A DNA stretch of 50,968 bases from a virus (IMGVR_UViG_3300017754_000556:1-50968), one strand, 5' to 3'; numbered from the stretch's first letter, positions 41,701 through 48,149 are shown. Numbers and translations: made by a program. Notes: a model not told the origin generated them from the sequence alone.

Positions 41701-43461
41701 TCTGACAATGTATTGCCGGTTCGCATCAATGGTGAAGACCGCTATGTGTTTTTTAACCCCGGCAACCCAAATGCCCAGCGAATGGTGGAGGCCTTAAAGA
41801 GCATTGATGCCAACCAAATAGATGAAACTATTAAAGGCGTTGCCGAGATAACTCGCTTTATTGCAGCTGCAAGTACACAGTACAACCCAGTGTTCGGCGC
41901 AATTAACTTTGTGCGTGACGTTCAAAGTGCTGCAATTAACTTGTCCAGTACACCTATTGCTGACCGCAAGATGCAGGTTGTCGGTGATTCTGCAAAAGCA
42001 GTCAGGGCCATTTATCGTAGTTTGCGCGGTAAGGAAGCTCTTACTCCAGCGATGCAAGAGTGGATAGATCTGTTTGAAAGATTCCAAAAGGCTGGTGGAC
42101 AGACGGGATTCCGTGATCAGTTTAGCCGGGGTAAGGGTAAAGAAACGATTGTGGCTCGTGAGCTTGCTCGTTTGGACCGAGGCAACGCCAAGAAAGCCGC
42201 CTACGCCGTATTTGATTGGCTCTCTGACTACAACGATGCAATGGAAAACGCCGTGCGTCTATCGGCATTTAAAGCTGCACTAGATAGTGGCATGTCTGAA
42301 GACCAATCAGCAAGCCTAGCCAAGAACCTCACTGTTAACTTCAACCGTAAGGGTGCAAACACTCAGACGATTGGAGCTTTGTATGCGTTCTTTAATGCCA
42401 GCGTACAAGGTACGGCACGTTTGATTCAAACGCTGTTTACCAAAGATAAAGAAGGCAAGATGAGCTTGAGTTCTGTTGGCAAAAAGATTGTTGCCGGCGG
42501 TATGTTAATTGGAGCCATGCAGGCAGTTATCTTGGCTATGGCCGGGTTTGGGGCTGATGATCCTCCTGAATGGGTCAAGTCTAAAAACCTGATCATTCCA
42601 ACTATTGATGGCGGGTACCTGACAATACCTATGCCATTGGGATTTAACATATTCCCCAATGTTGCCCGTATTGTTTCTGAGTACATGCTGGTTCAGTCTG
42701 GCGCAATGAGCGGTAAACGTGATCTTAAGAAGACTATCACTTATATTTCATCTGCAGTACTTGGGGCTGTTAACCCACTGGGTACAAGCACTTTTGCCCA
42801 GACACTAGCGCCTACTGCTGTAGATCCGTTCATCGGCATTGCTGAGAACAAAGACGCCTTTGGTCGACCTATCTCTAAGGAAGACAGGGCTCTTGCCCCT
42901 ACCCCTGGTTACCTACGCAGCCGGGACTCCGCAAATGGCCTATTCCAAGGTCTGGCTTACGGTATTAACTATCTCACTGGTGGAGGCGAGAAGGGCATTG
43001 GATTGGTTAGCCCAACTGCTGATCAGCTTAGCTACATCGCAGGTCAATATACCGGCGGCGTTGGTAAGCTTGTTGTTCAGACGGGTGAGTATGCTAAAGC
43101 CAAAGTAATAGGTGAAGAGTTACAGACGTATCAAGTACCTATTGCTGGCAAGCTGTACGGCGACATCAATACGCCGGCTGCTATTTCAGGTAAGTTCTAC
43201 GAGAACATCATTGAGATGTCCAAGCATGAGAACATCATCAAGGAAATGAAGGGTAAGGGCGTAAGTGAGTACTACAAGGAAAACCCTGAAGCCAGAATTT
43301 GGCAACGCGCCAACTACGTTGAGAATGAGATTGCTAAGATTAAGAAAGAGAAAAAAGCTCTGAAAGAACGTAATGCACCTGACGAGCAGATCAAACGCAA
43401 AGATGATCAAATTAAGAGAGTGATGGAAGCGTTTAACAAAGAAGTTACAAAACGCCAATAA
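29755..43461 (+). CDS. Giant polyvalent virion protein (DarB-like): zincin/LPD1-like, N6-adenine MTase, Strawberry-notch-type SF2 helicase, second metallopeptidase motif, LPD38-like C-terminus
   Basis: HEWHH at 33499-33513. FDPTGGNG near 34756 and NPPF at 34942-34953. GDDTGVGKGR at 36619-36648, DEAH at 37024-37035, SAT at 37174-37182, QLLGRIHRTGQ at 38353-38385. HEAIGH at 40366-40383. Confidence 0.85.
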   Translation: MDVLMPDGTTITGVPEGITQSDLLARYGKFSSSQPQEAALPAQPPTGLASFGPAVMRGGRGLASLMGDVLPAMAGKAVGADEYAKRQMQEAAAYGKETEKLYPSAVPSYTNIKDAGSALTYIVEAVGEAVPSLLPSLFTGGVAAVAGRGAVAAARVAAEKAAATSIAEGVTAEAAKEIAMKAGLNAAKREALKYEVGGALIGSAAQNVPDVYQGLYEKGYDNIPAALIFGGFNAALDAVLPINLLRTSKLSGIPENEIIGAWYKRAGKGAIEGMVSEGATESIQEMSSAAAEKFVDSNNEFFTPQNFERFINAGLKGGLGGAGISAATNVAFGRKEAPPETPPAPPTPAGIAGLTPQAPTPEEQGIPTLVPPAPPVVQPIVEPVVQEGQAQDIEAMMREIEGSQSETTLPPVNVIEPIVVQPQGVPSATETPETQQAAPQEQQAPAAFVTWDTIQPGQDVTLYRGENKDNLKEGEWWTTDKAKAEKFGEVTEVTLPADIVGKHSVQGHGGPDEFVFPTPGSRPTDLVQKPAEVTTPPAITGGPSTPKGPVAPVEKPTEVAPTPKPTIETTTEEKPVVTPEEVAAVEPKGQVTFTTSKGSEYTIDEESKTSRTKKSEGKGQGETYPPHTVLYVNPGDHTDILSDMQGGMGDNSVRLGYVANNKFTPVQAIAEIPEGAKPTVIVINKKNNQIVGQYNALTEPQIGLHPVEKRYETDGTASTHIGNDIVEIKGKEAKIENVEKPVEGKPGGKPEVTGGPSAPAGGPAAPTGKPAAPEGETTGGPSTPAGGAPKPPKVKLTEEEKAKAEEEKTKAEEEKKKAAEEKAKAEEQKKKLEEFNKQPMKVAMEEGNADAVASLLYGNAVSADLLPVIFPEEGLLRIPVDMDKVSDIEAALTKYGFRITDRSVPATTDDPSYKGPERITISALYKPEKVSIQGGGAEFGGNRKGKVTAPRIPKDATDSQISKMLAEVSIDKLLDINSNVENSFGSMMYKEGIVSYVLPASDYLLKALKNVSGLYISEKTGSRQAIKIALSKGKEDEVQRLLQSYVEALQGLQKVFDGHSRVAELDLALRDKYLKDENAARGSDKYTQDGLGLRETLKANNLQVIFAKMYQLFSSDENSTDQTNRVVKKESEVPPELGNIVRRGMRDHRQGRDVDVQDFVNTFGLFPGGVDFGNWVNQSERAAHLNAIYDAMYDLADLSGISPKMLGLGEKLKMAIGAQGRGGKTAAHYIPSLNEINLTKTKGDGSLGHEWHHGLDHNLRMTENGRKLMDDTVSMLTGMIGVDRVEDNLRSILRNVSNSVENRNMPPKKAFFEAISSPAYYRQAPIYNDSTKTTQFWYNSRKLDTEENRSPYYWSSPTEMLSRGFESMLFDASKGGTPYLVGPTTADGYISPKNGYGGTPYPIGDERPMLNEIFKQMLSQIDPDTLKVKTYKVEAKLVYVEDLGYAVIDQHNLSSRTDGDLTWFKDQKEAEEAKNQLDGKERVLTPKAMQLGKVNERIISMAKRVDAIMEEMGLFKWPEIKNGSMAESMFYHMRQGWWPKSNRDLAEYGVKAYLQTPELLGFDPTKDKKEIDAYKIADFEGDRVKLKQTQEDFEAAAVRYVSQVITDMRAQGSDTKAIYDYIVGLYQTQPTLDVQSVLSKTNNAYSTPLPIAFLAGALARVKSTTTVFDPTGGNGMLVVAANPQNVTTIELDPHRANNMELMQIGNVIEGDALDEIKNLRDQEVDVVLANPPFGALSSPQNVPSWDGRDYKIGTLDQLIAARSLRTMANNGRAVLILGAHPKPGTITSTDRVFLNWLYGNYNVADHFEIAGNLYRKQGASWPLRVLVIAGRNQTENAYPNDFVVNRITTFDELWSRYVQASNRSEEVLVGTGKKQPITGGANKPAGGIPAGGTLENGEPSGEIRTGEGVGVGEPVSAGGRGAGTPDAGGRGTTGAVRPGEQQPDTGDGERGGPGDIEAGGAEVSADSSGGPEPELGGLSDLDLDDIFNNLGKPEKPKGGPRAPSGPSTPKGEPRAPRGPSVKGPAAIPKELEGLGLEDLLGELDEALNGKAPEKKAPKEEKATKVSEKQTKIQEAKQIASQLNMQGYLDLMNLEYIRNQQVKEAMGRIAQNAKNTSDDPASGLYSRKGDQDYANIEPIIQKVWTALGEKISDLTQRIKQVYNLLVSKFGDAIKGHLRTFIDNLRSEVKRRPKNQTPVQSEPIDTESRVVYLGKSRFSSDGIYLPRAQSQYAYSALEKLEAQVGDIDEFVAKELGYASVEKMAKGLAGYQIDGLALAIQANKLGKGFIIGDDTGVGKGRAAAAMIVWAKKNGKIPIFVTVGKDLYSSMYEDLNNIGHGDINIGMTNTDSIIQKDIGNGKTKTVFQNEGKDGANLISYIAKNGALPKGMDALFTAYSQLNGGEGSPARQNAIASLVAAGKAVLIMDEAHNAAGVPTNPESMGQNAFFMSLLTGKNLLGKDKDAPEDWKPPSAVYLSATFAKRPDNMPLYIHTNLRYAANTPEELTLLFGKGVKTDVLQQVSSEMLVESGSMLRRERSYEGVTMEFVTDIDNAPRDIREVDKVTEILRTLVNADRVLKEWTKSPEIQKSLVENLGPKGSMLGKQGPDAFTQAKGNGFTSVVHNYIGTLLLSAKTQTAVDMVVDKMNNGEKVVIGLQNTNGSALEDYVQKNGIKPGDEIPNFGWQTLIQRAIDSTRKITLKSATGNKKDDVKVEIPYSMMPQFVKDGYDNLAKMIKDFQSDLPVAPIDYMRAELQSKYVWTIDGKTQVGDTPPPGVKARHLVVKEVTGRSTGVDYSGDVPKYMALDKPERVSIISSFQNGEDSQNGPIDVLVINSAGATGISLHASVEAFDQRPRHMIVLQPHGDISVFTQLLGRIHRTGQVEWPSFTMLATGIPAERRILAMLRKKLSSLKSNTSGGSSSTKVEGVDFINRYGDVATSEYLNEHPEIAVFLGTTQYVNPEEAAGTELAHKASGTAGLLASVDQQEFFDSIESSYLAAIELRNATGTNALERRVLPLNAEMIKENLIEEGLDNSNPFLTDVVMAQFNVDVIGSIPSKQNIQDDIAQALNGRTPQQVVDEIDTDLNTAFVEVRNQIILKQQALSEAIAKPEATEKDKTEFTRQKEALDIQFATLGERRTKTLDALRNLFAIGNGFEIFEINNVPASAVVIGVKVDKTRIGKSKTGNPYSPSNFQVILKRNIPDGRVAPSLATLEGKSINRSEPTRRYSLDDWFALRSVTGGRTSRYIALGNILRAAQLFDENGGEVAKFTMQGQLEAVSGVVMPAKYKPVAISSQPIRLRSPNSAVQYVLAAWNQMLQTKYDKTQVESYKEVIDKLQPLMLPGLPDFAPFGEAQKNAYEINVAYGADRNWVLILDSYRPTNFKLTISGDAPKKFVTAPELKTLVPSMAKKRGGNYEMEGGRYITDPDKLIALVKFLHKSYPATVEADAAPLAREVMNVEFKDSESKKGMLSRGVAKGGQTVAAVQSQIVPIEGITVKVVQSSDGLPDTAAPSDVEGAWYSGNTVYLVADNLPNAQRVQEVLAHEAIGHAALEAMLGPEMMKELVKNVQALEKTSNIVKNIAAQVDRTQPGLSAERRAKEVVAMMAERGLQNGLIKRIVQAVRSWLRKAGFTIQFSDGDVLALLRNAEKYVGGRFNVKGEGLYSVNYRGAPATLATWQAADELKLTDTFIQKYVDKNIDTKRVIEAIKNAEGNIRDAWNPYLKEELFHGRTAKQTIDFLKNDLRPLLEDMDKRGVKLEDFNNYLHNRHAKVRNEVIAERDPTKPDGGSGLFNSEVDEYMAALDKTPEIKKAYEELATKIDSIVEETQNLLVSSGLEKQGTINNWRETFPFYVPLNREEDELDFVNASSGMGQGFAVSGPFSKAAIGSFKTVKDIIGSIALQRERAIVRAEKARVGRALYALAIQNPNPTFWMPVNPDAIKNKAKLIQEMVDMGMSPADAESIIQEPKVGRIDEKTGLVKYQVIPSLRNSDNVLPVRINGEDRYVFFNPGNPNAQRMVEALKSIDANQIDETIKGVAEITRFIAAASTQYNPVFGAINFVRDVQSAAINLSSTPIADRKMQVVGDSAKAVRAIYRSLRGKEALTPAMQEWIDLFERFQKAGGQTGFRDQFSRGKGKETIVARELARLDRGNAKKAAYAVFDWLSDYNDAMENAVRLSAFKAALDSGMSEDQSASLAKNLTVNFNRKGANTQTIGALYAFFNASVQGTARLIQTLFTKDKEGKMSLSSVGKKIVAGGMLIGAMQAVILAMAGFGADDPPEWVKSKNLIIPTIDGGYLTIPMPLGFNIFPNVARIVSEYMLVQSGAMSGKRDLKKTITYISSAVLGAVNPLGTSTFAQTLAPTAVDPFIGIAENKDAFGRPISKEDRALAPTPGYLRSRDSANGLFQGLAYGINYLTGGGEKGIGLVSPTADQLSYIAGQYTGGVGKLVVQTGEYAKAKVIGEELQTYQVPIAGKLYGDINTPAAISGKFYENIIEMSKHENIIKEMKGKGVSEYYKENPEARIWQRANYVENEIAKIKKEKKALKERNAPDEQIKRKDDQIKRVMEAFNKEVTKRQ

Positions 43462-43732
43462 TCTCACGTTCAAACATAAGGCCGATAGTTTTGCGGTGTG
43501 CTTCCTCCCACATCTCAATTCTTTCGGCCTTGCTCATTCGTGTCCCCTGGTCCAGTTCGGCGTGACATTTATAACAGAGTGATGCAATCCTGTAGTCATG
43601 CGCCTTGAGGCCACGGCCTTTGCCGTCCCTCAGTTGGTTGCTGTGAGCCGCCACTACCGTACCGTCTTGCGTACCACAGTGCTGGCAGGGCAATTCACGC
43701 GCAGCGTCTAACAACTTACGATTCCTGTACAT
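43445..43732 (-). CDS. Zn-binding HNH-like nuclease (YbcO/DUF1364-like)
   Basis: MYRNRKLLDAARELPCQHCG...VVAAH...LCYKCH. The ATG at 43732 is preferred to the ORF-track start at 43825. Confidence 0.7.
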   Translation of the reverse strand: MYRNRKLLDAARELPCQHCGTQDGTVVAAHSNQLRDGKGRGLKAHDYRIASLCYKCHAELDQGTRMSKAERIEMWEEAHRKTIGLMFEREIIGVL

Positions 43733-43913
43733 TTTTCTTGCGGGCCTTCTTAATGGCCGCAATACCCTCTTCAGGCTTTCTTGATTCCATAAAGTAGTCG
43801 GCAATCTCAAAGGCGGTAGGGACAATTAGTTCCCCTTCCCTGTTCCTTATGATCAAGCCGGTCATGGCAAACATAGCTGCCAAGTCGCGCAGGTTTTCTT
43901 CATGCTCAGTCAT
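43716..43913 (-). CDS. Small 'LRD.(F/A)A..AM' family protein, copy 1
   Basis: 'LRDLAAMFAMTGLI...AFEIADYFMESR'. Confidence 0.7.
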   Translation of the reverse strand: MTEHEENLRDLAAMFAMTGLIIRNREGELIVPTAFEIADYFMESRKPEEGIAAIKKARKKNVQES

Positions 43914-44128
43914 TAGTGAATCTCCGTGTTCTGGCGGTTTTCTCTTGCTAAGCGCAGGGTGTGTATAACAGCGTTAACGGCCTGATTTTCATTGTCCATC
44001 TTGAGTTGGACCATCAACTCACACATCACAGCGCAGAGCGCCATAACGGCGTTCATTGGCTCTTTGCATTCTGTGTTGGCTATGGCCGCATAGATGGCAT
44101 TCTGCATGTTTTCGAATTCATCCATCAC
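43913..44128 (-). CDS. Small helical hypothetical protein
   Basis: Coupled ORF in the leftward operon. Confidence 0.6.
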   Translation of the reverse strand: MMDEFENMQNAIYAAIANTECKEPMNAVMALCAVMCELMVQLKMDNENQAVNAVIHTLRLARENRQNTEIH

Positions 44129-44397
44129 ATCTCCAAAGATTTAATATTGTCAGACAGTAGATCGTTAAGGTACTTATTCTTAACTGCGATGTGTTCAATC
44201 TCTTTAACCTCATCAATCTGCCGGATGCAGTCCTTCAGGGCTTTGTTGTAGCCGGCTTTAAAGGCATCATCACCATCAAGAATCATGCAGATGGCGTCAC
44301 GCACCATTGCTGATGCCTTGCGCTGCGCTGCCAAGACCTTTATCTTGTCGTGATACTCTACAGGCAGGTATACGCTGTAGGGGATTAGTTTCTTCAT
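44125..44397 (-). CDS. Probable ribbon-helix-helix DNA-binding protein
   Basis: 'MKKLIPYSVYLP' strand followed by two helices ('ASAMVRDAI'). The ATG at 44397 overlaps the upstream stop. Confidence 0.5.
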   Translation of the reverse strand: MKKLIPYSVYLPVEYHDKIKVLAAQRKASAMVRDAICMILDGDDAFKAGYNKALKDCIRQIDEVKEIEHIAVKNKYLNDLLSDNIKSLEM

Positions 44398-44816
44398 TGT
44401 TTCCTCCAAGCCTCAAAGCTTGCTTTAAGACGGTTAAATAAATCTCGGGCTTCTTCACTTGTCTTTAGCTCCTTGCGGGACTCTATGCCCAGATAGAAGA
44501 TCAGCCAAGAAGCACAAGCCTTTTCGTTCTTCTCCGTAAGCCAATCTTTCTTGTGTAGCCATTCCCAGAACTCGGGGTCGCGGCAGAGTATTCCAGCCAT
44601 CTTAACGGCGTGATCGCCTGGAAACTCGTGTTCACGGACCATCGGCTGCTCATCGTCGCCCAGCCGTACCATCACAACGATATAACGCGAGCCAACAAAG
44701 TCACGCATTAGGTCGTCGGGCAGATCATCAGGATGGACAGCTATGGTTAGAACATAGCCGTCCTTGGACTGTTTCAGCCCAGTCTTGATGCCCTCAAACT
44801 GAATTGGGTCGCTCAA
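44394..44816 (-). CDS. Hypothetical phage protein
   Basis: Probable TTG start at 44816 (SDPIQFEG...). Contains 'AGILCRDPEFWEWL...LGIESRKEL'. Confidence 0.65.
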   Translation of the reverse strand: MSDPIQFEGIKTGLKQSKDGYVLTIAVHPDDLPDDLMRDFVGSRYIVVMVRLGDDEQPMVREHEFPGDHAVKMAGILCRDPEFWEWLHKKDWLTEKNEKACASWLIFYLGIESRKELKTSEEARDLFNRLKASFEAWRKQ

Positions 44817-44988
44817 GTTTTGTCTCCAAATATTTGATAACGCCATGAGACATGACAAGCTGGTCCTCAAGCTTATCAATTTGTTTCCTCATTTTGGCTT
44901 CCTCATCAATCATTGCGTGAAGTGCTGCGCGAAGGTTCTCGCAAACCTTCTCCCACTCAATAGCTTTGGTTGGTTTCTTCTTAGTCAT
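44794..44988 (-). CDS. Small coiled-coil hypothetical protein
   Basis: 64-aa coupled ORF. Confidence 0.6.
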   Translation of the reverse strand: MTKKKPTKAIEWEKVCENLRAALHAMIDEEAKMRKQIDKLEDQLVMSHGVIKYLETKLERPNSV

Positions 44989-45232
44989 CCCAAGGGTCCT
45001 TTTGTTGTACTGGCTTTACGCTGCTATCAACTTTGAGGGAAACCATCCGGTTCCCGGCTTTATCTTTTTTCAACCAAGCACTAAGCTTGATTGCAACCTC
45101 TTCACCTTCGGAGCCATCAAGCACGGAGATTAAATAATCTCGCTCAAACTTGATGTTGCCCGTCATGTCTGGCGCAGTGTCTTTAACCTTGCGTGTGTTG
45201 GTAAGCAGTAAACCTGAGTTTGGATAGTCCAT
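44981..45232 (-). CDS. Small probable ssDNA-binding protein
   Basis: 'N..K....PD.TG.I...LSAW.K....G...SLKV' with an acidic/aromatic tail 'DPWDD', next to the annealase. Confidence 0.5.
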   Translation of the reverse strand: MDYPNSGLLLTNTRKVKDTAPDMTGNIKFERDYLISVLDGSEGEEVAIKLSAWLKKDKAGNRMVSLKVDSSVKPVQQKDPWDD

Positions 45233-45927
45233 TAAAATTTTCCTTTCGCTTCTTTAAACAAATCCATGATTTCAGCATGGACCTCGGGTGACGCTGCTTT
45301 AACTTTGTCGTAATGCTGGCGGTTGACTTTGTACATGTCCTTTACATCGTCCTCGGTTTTAGCCATCTCTAAGTTGAAATTGGTGGCGTCAACCAGAAGC
45401 TTGCTCCACTGAACAGGGTCTTCTGCATCAATCTCAATAGTCCACGGCGGGTTAGGCTCAACCCATTGCTTGGGCAGCGTATCGCCCTTGATGTACTTCT
45501 TAGGCGCTGCCTTTGGCTCTACTTTGGGCTCCTCCTTTGGAATTTCTTTTGGCTCCTCTGCCTTGGTAGAGTCAATAGCATCATGCTCTACGATCTCCAT
45601 AGCCGTCATCCAAAGATAGCGGCGCTGGTAAGTCTCCACTGCGCCTAGGTTTTGAATGGGATGTGCGCCTTTAAGTTCGGCCGCAGCCATAGGGCTAGAG
45701 ATAACAATCACCGTGCCGTCATCAGTATCAGTGATGGTTAGGGTGGCGTAGGCTGCGTCATAGGACACAACGCCACACAGGCCAAGATCGTTAAAAATGT
45801 TTTGAATCTCAGGCAAGAAGTCGCCTAGCTCAAAATACTTGTAGCCGGCAAACTTATTCTGTCCGCTCTTCTCTAGCCTTGTGCCTTGCAGACGTATCCG
45901 CGCAGCCATTAGTTTCTTATGTACCAT
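45232..45927 (-). CDS. ERF-family single-strand annealing recombinase
   Basis: 'KSGQNKFAGYKYFELGD' and the ERF motif 'IQNLGAVETYQRRYL'. Confidence 0.8.
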   Translation of the reverse strand: MVHKKLMAARIRLQGTRLEKSGQNKFAGYKYFELGDFLPEIQNIFNDLGLCGVVSYDAAYATLTITDTDDGTVIVISSPMAAAELKGAHPIQNLGAVETYQRRYLWMTAMEIVEHDAIDSTKAEEPKEIPKEEPKVEPKAAPKKYIKGDTLPKQWVEPNPPWTIEIDAEDPVQWSKLLVDATNFNLEMAKTEDDVKDMYKVNRQHYDKVKAASPEVHAEIMDLFKEAKGKF

Positions 45928-46027
45928 GCTCTTCCTTTGTTAATCTACCAATACGGAACCCAATCCAAACGCAAGCCGCGCAAAGAATGAGAAAACCGAC
46001 ACCTATGAGGATGTTAATTACTATCAT
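45917..46027 (-). CDS. 36-aa single-TM protein
   Basis: MIVINILIGVGFLILCAACVWIGFRIGRLTKEEHGT, read by hand. It overlaps both neighbours. Confidence 0.55.
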   Translation of the reverse strand: MIVINILIGVGFLILCAACVWIGFRIGRLTKEEHGT

Positions 46028-46431
46028 TTCGCCACCTTTGGCAGGGGATATGGAACCTTGTTAGTAGATTGGCAGTGCCCATCATCAGCCGCAAACGGTT
46101 TAGTCTTGAAATCTGAGTCTTCTAAGCAGCCCGTGTTGCCGGACACGGTAGAACACTTGACCTTTACTATCTTGTCCTTTGGCGGACTTACAAATTCCAT
46201 CGTGGCCCAACCGTCACCTTGGGGGCATACGTTGTCCTGAGTAGAGTCTCCGCGCCCAACAATGTCCCATCCCTTGTATAGGACGTTCTCTTGCCGGTAA
46301 CGCTGGGCATTCCACATTGCGTTTTCACGCGCTGTTCCTTTAGCCTCTTCCAATGATGCAAAGCTAACTTCATCTTTACCGCAGGCAGTAAGTGCGCAAG
46401 CGGCGGCGATTATTAATAGAGTGTGTTTCAT
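46024..46431 (-). CDS. Lipoprotein
   Basis: Start at 46431 after AAGGA. Signal peptide MKHTLLIIAAACALTA-C with lipobox LTAC, and four further Cys. Confidence 0.75.
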   Translation of the reverse strand: MKHTLLIIAAACALTACGKDEVSFASLEEAKGTARENAMWNAQRYRQENVLYKGWDIVGRGDSTQDNVCPQGDGWATMEFVSPPKDKIVKVKCSTVSGNTGCLEDSDFKTKPFAADDGHCQSTNKVPYPLPKVAK

Positions 46432-46441
46432 GCTTTTTCCT

Positions 46442-46609
46442 TTAAAAAAATCCGAACCAAACGCCGGTCCCGTGAATCCATGCGATTGGGAAAATGATCG
46501 CGCCAGCAATGAGAAATCCCCATTTACCTGCGCCCAAACAAACAACAACGTGCGTCAGCCACGACGCGATGATCCAGCCAACTATGGCTACTGGCAATAA
46601 CTCTTCCAT
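46442..46609 (-). CDS. 55-aa two-TM membrane protein
   Basis: MEELLPVAIVGWIIASWLTHVVVCLGAGKWGFLIAGAIIFPIAWIHGTGVWFGFF, read by hand. SD AAGGAG. Confidence 0.65.
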   Translation of the reverse strand: MEELLPVAIVGWIIASWLTHVVVCLGAGKWGFLIAGAIIFPIAWIHGTGVWFGFF

Positions 46610-46611
46610 GC

Positions 46612-47490
46612 TTACTCCTTAGTTTTTAAATAATCCTGGTACTGGTTGCACCATTTACTGACAGAGCAAAAGGTAGCGCAGCGCGTCCGTTCTCCTAGCC
46701 GCACTTCTATCTCGTACTCTTTCCCGTACTCCGCCACCTTGGCTAGAGCTTCCTCATTGGTGTCACAGACATTGCGTGCCTTGACGCCACCAATCTTTTT
46801 GACCGCGTAGGTCGTTTGCTTTTCCCACATCTCTTCAGATGTGCAGTGGGGTAACTCGTCGCCTGTATCAAGATCAAACAGGGCGTTGGAGTGGATCTCA
46901 ATGCGCTCCTCAATAAATGCTTGCTGGCGTTCGTAGGGCCACAATTGGACGGGTATAACCTTCACAGGGGCATCAGGGTAGGACGCCTTGATTGCGGCGT
47001 CCCTGCGGCTCCAATCGCGGATGATGGCTACGATCTCCAGCTTGGTCACATCGGTGTTCTTTACCTTGCGGACAAGCCAAGCGTAGATGTTTAATTGAAG
47101 CTCCCAGTCGATCTTCTCGTTCATCACTGACCATGCGCCTACAGTCTTGTAGTCATTAACAGTGATAGTGCCGTCCTCATTGACGATCTGCAGGTCTATA
47201 GCGCCCGAAATAGCCCAGCCGTCAACGCTGGTGTGCAGCCGCTCCTCTACTAGGTGGTGGTCATCCTTGCCGTGTTCCAGTACGCCGTGAATGGCCGTTC
47301 CAAAGATGGACCAGACCATATCGCTAACGTCCTGCTCTATCTCTTCAGCGTGCAGCTTGCGTAGCTGGACAATCCTGGGAGAGGAGATCAACTCGGTGGC
47401 CGATATGTTGGCCTTTCCCTTTGAGTAAGACGGGCGCTTTAAGACGTTAACAAACGTCTGCGGGAGGTTGTACTTGTTAGTGATGATCAT
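46612..47490 (-). CDS. PD-(D/E)XK exonuclease (Cas4/RecB-like)
   Basis: 'FGTAIHGVLE', 'SGAIDL', 'DYKT', 'QLNIY' and a C-terminal Cys cluster (HC...RCATFCSVSKWC). Confidence 0.85.
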   Translation of the reverse strand: MIITNKYNLPQTFVNVLKRPSYSKGKANISATELISSPRIVQLRKLHAEEIEQDVSDMVWSIFGTAIHGVLEHGKDDHHLVEERLHTSVDGWAISGAIDLQIVNEDGTITVNDYKTVGAWSVMNEKIDWELQLNIYAWLVRKVKNTDVTKLEIVAIIRDWSRRDAAIKASYPDAPVKVIPVQLWPYERQQAFIEERIEIHSNALFDLDTGDELPHCTSEEMWEKQTTYAVKKIGGVKARNVCDTNEEALAKVAEYGKEYEIEVRLGERTRCATFCSVSKWCNQYQDYLKTKE

Positions 47491-47693
47491 TCACGCTCCT
47501 CCAGCATGACGTCTGCCATAAAGTAAGCGTCTGCGGCAGTTTGTCTTGCAATATCGCCTACAGTTGACTGCCAATGATCCTTGTTAATAAGGGCCTGCAT
47601 CGCCTGGGCGGCAAAGTAGTCTCGCAAGCTCATGCCGCTGAATTGGACTCGGTTGTCTCCTGATGGGAACGCTGAATAACTTTCTTTTTTCAT
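47487..47693 (-). CDS. Small 'LRDYFAAQAM' family protein, copy 2
   Basis: Start at 47693 after ACAGGA. 'AFPS...GMSLRDYFAAQAMQAL...AYFMADVMLEER'. Confidence 0.75.
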   Translation of the reverse strand: MKKESYSAFPSGDNRVQFSGMSLRDYFAAQAMQALINKDHWQSTVGDIARQTAADAYFMADVMLEERE

Positions 47694-47729
47694 AAATTTT
47701 TCCTGTAAAATTAGGTGGTGGGGCCACAC

Positions 47730-47759
47730 ATTGTACCCATAGTATATCATGTCTTGCAA
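47730..47759 (-). promoter_or_regulatory. Leftward sigma70-type promoter for the recombination operon
   Basis: On the - strand: TTGCAA (47759-47754), 18 nt, TACAAT (47735-47730). Confidence 0.55.
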
Positions 47760-47777
47760 CCCCTTGGGAAAATATTT

Positions 47778-48092
47778 ATGGCGGTTACCACTACGCAGCG
47801 CAGCCTCAAGTACATGAGGGACAACGGCTTCTATGCCGAGGTGGTTGAGCGGTACAACTCTTTTACCAAGCGCAAGAACGACTTCGCCGGCTTCATTGAC
47901 ATCCTGTGCCTGGGCCAGGGGGCGGTAATCGGCGTCCAGACCACTAGCTGGGGCCACACATCAGACCGGCTAAAGAAGATCTTGGAGCATGAGAACCTTA
48001 ACATTGTTAGAGATGCCGGAATCAAGATAGAGGTTCACGGCTGGCAAAAGAAAAACAACCGCTGGGAAGTAAAAATTATTCATGTAGAATAA
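47778..48092 (+). CDS. Holliday junction resolvase-like PD-(D/E)XK nuclease
   Basis: 'MRDNGFYAEVVE...DFAGFIDILCL....IGVQTT'. The ATG at 47778 is preferred. Confidence 0.6.
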   Translation: MAVTTTQRSLKYMRDNGFYAEVVERYNSFTKRKNDFAGFIDILCLGQGAVIGVQTTSWGHTSDRLKKILEHENLNIVRDAGIKIEVHGWQKKNNRWEVKIIHVE

Positions 48093-48122
48093 AGCTGCTT
48101 TCTCCTTGGTCCTCGGACCCTT

Positions 48123-48149
48123 ACCCCCTAGGAAACTGGGGGGTCTTTT
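48123..48149 (+). terminator. Rho-independent terminator
   Basis: ACCCCCTAG-GAAA-CTGGGGGGT 9-bp stem followed by CTTTT. Confidence 0.7.

Noticed and set aside
12073-42686. Long antisense ORFs such as 12073-12867, 18479-19186, 25617-26840 and 35328-35966
   Set aside because: They are shadow frames opposite Ala/Gly/Thr-rich genes, whose codon bias suppresses antisense stops.
47487-47957. 156-aa version of the - strand ORF, and the 47715 start of the + strand ORF
   Set aside because: Both extensions cross the divergent promoter region and the opposite gene. Starts at 47693 (with SD) and 47778 fit better.
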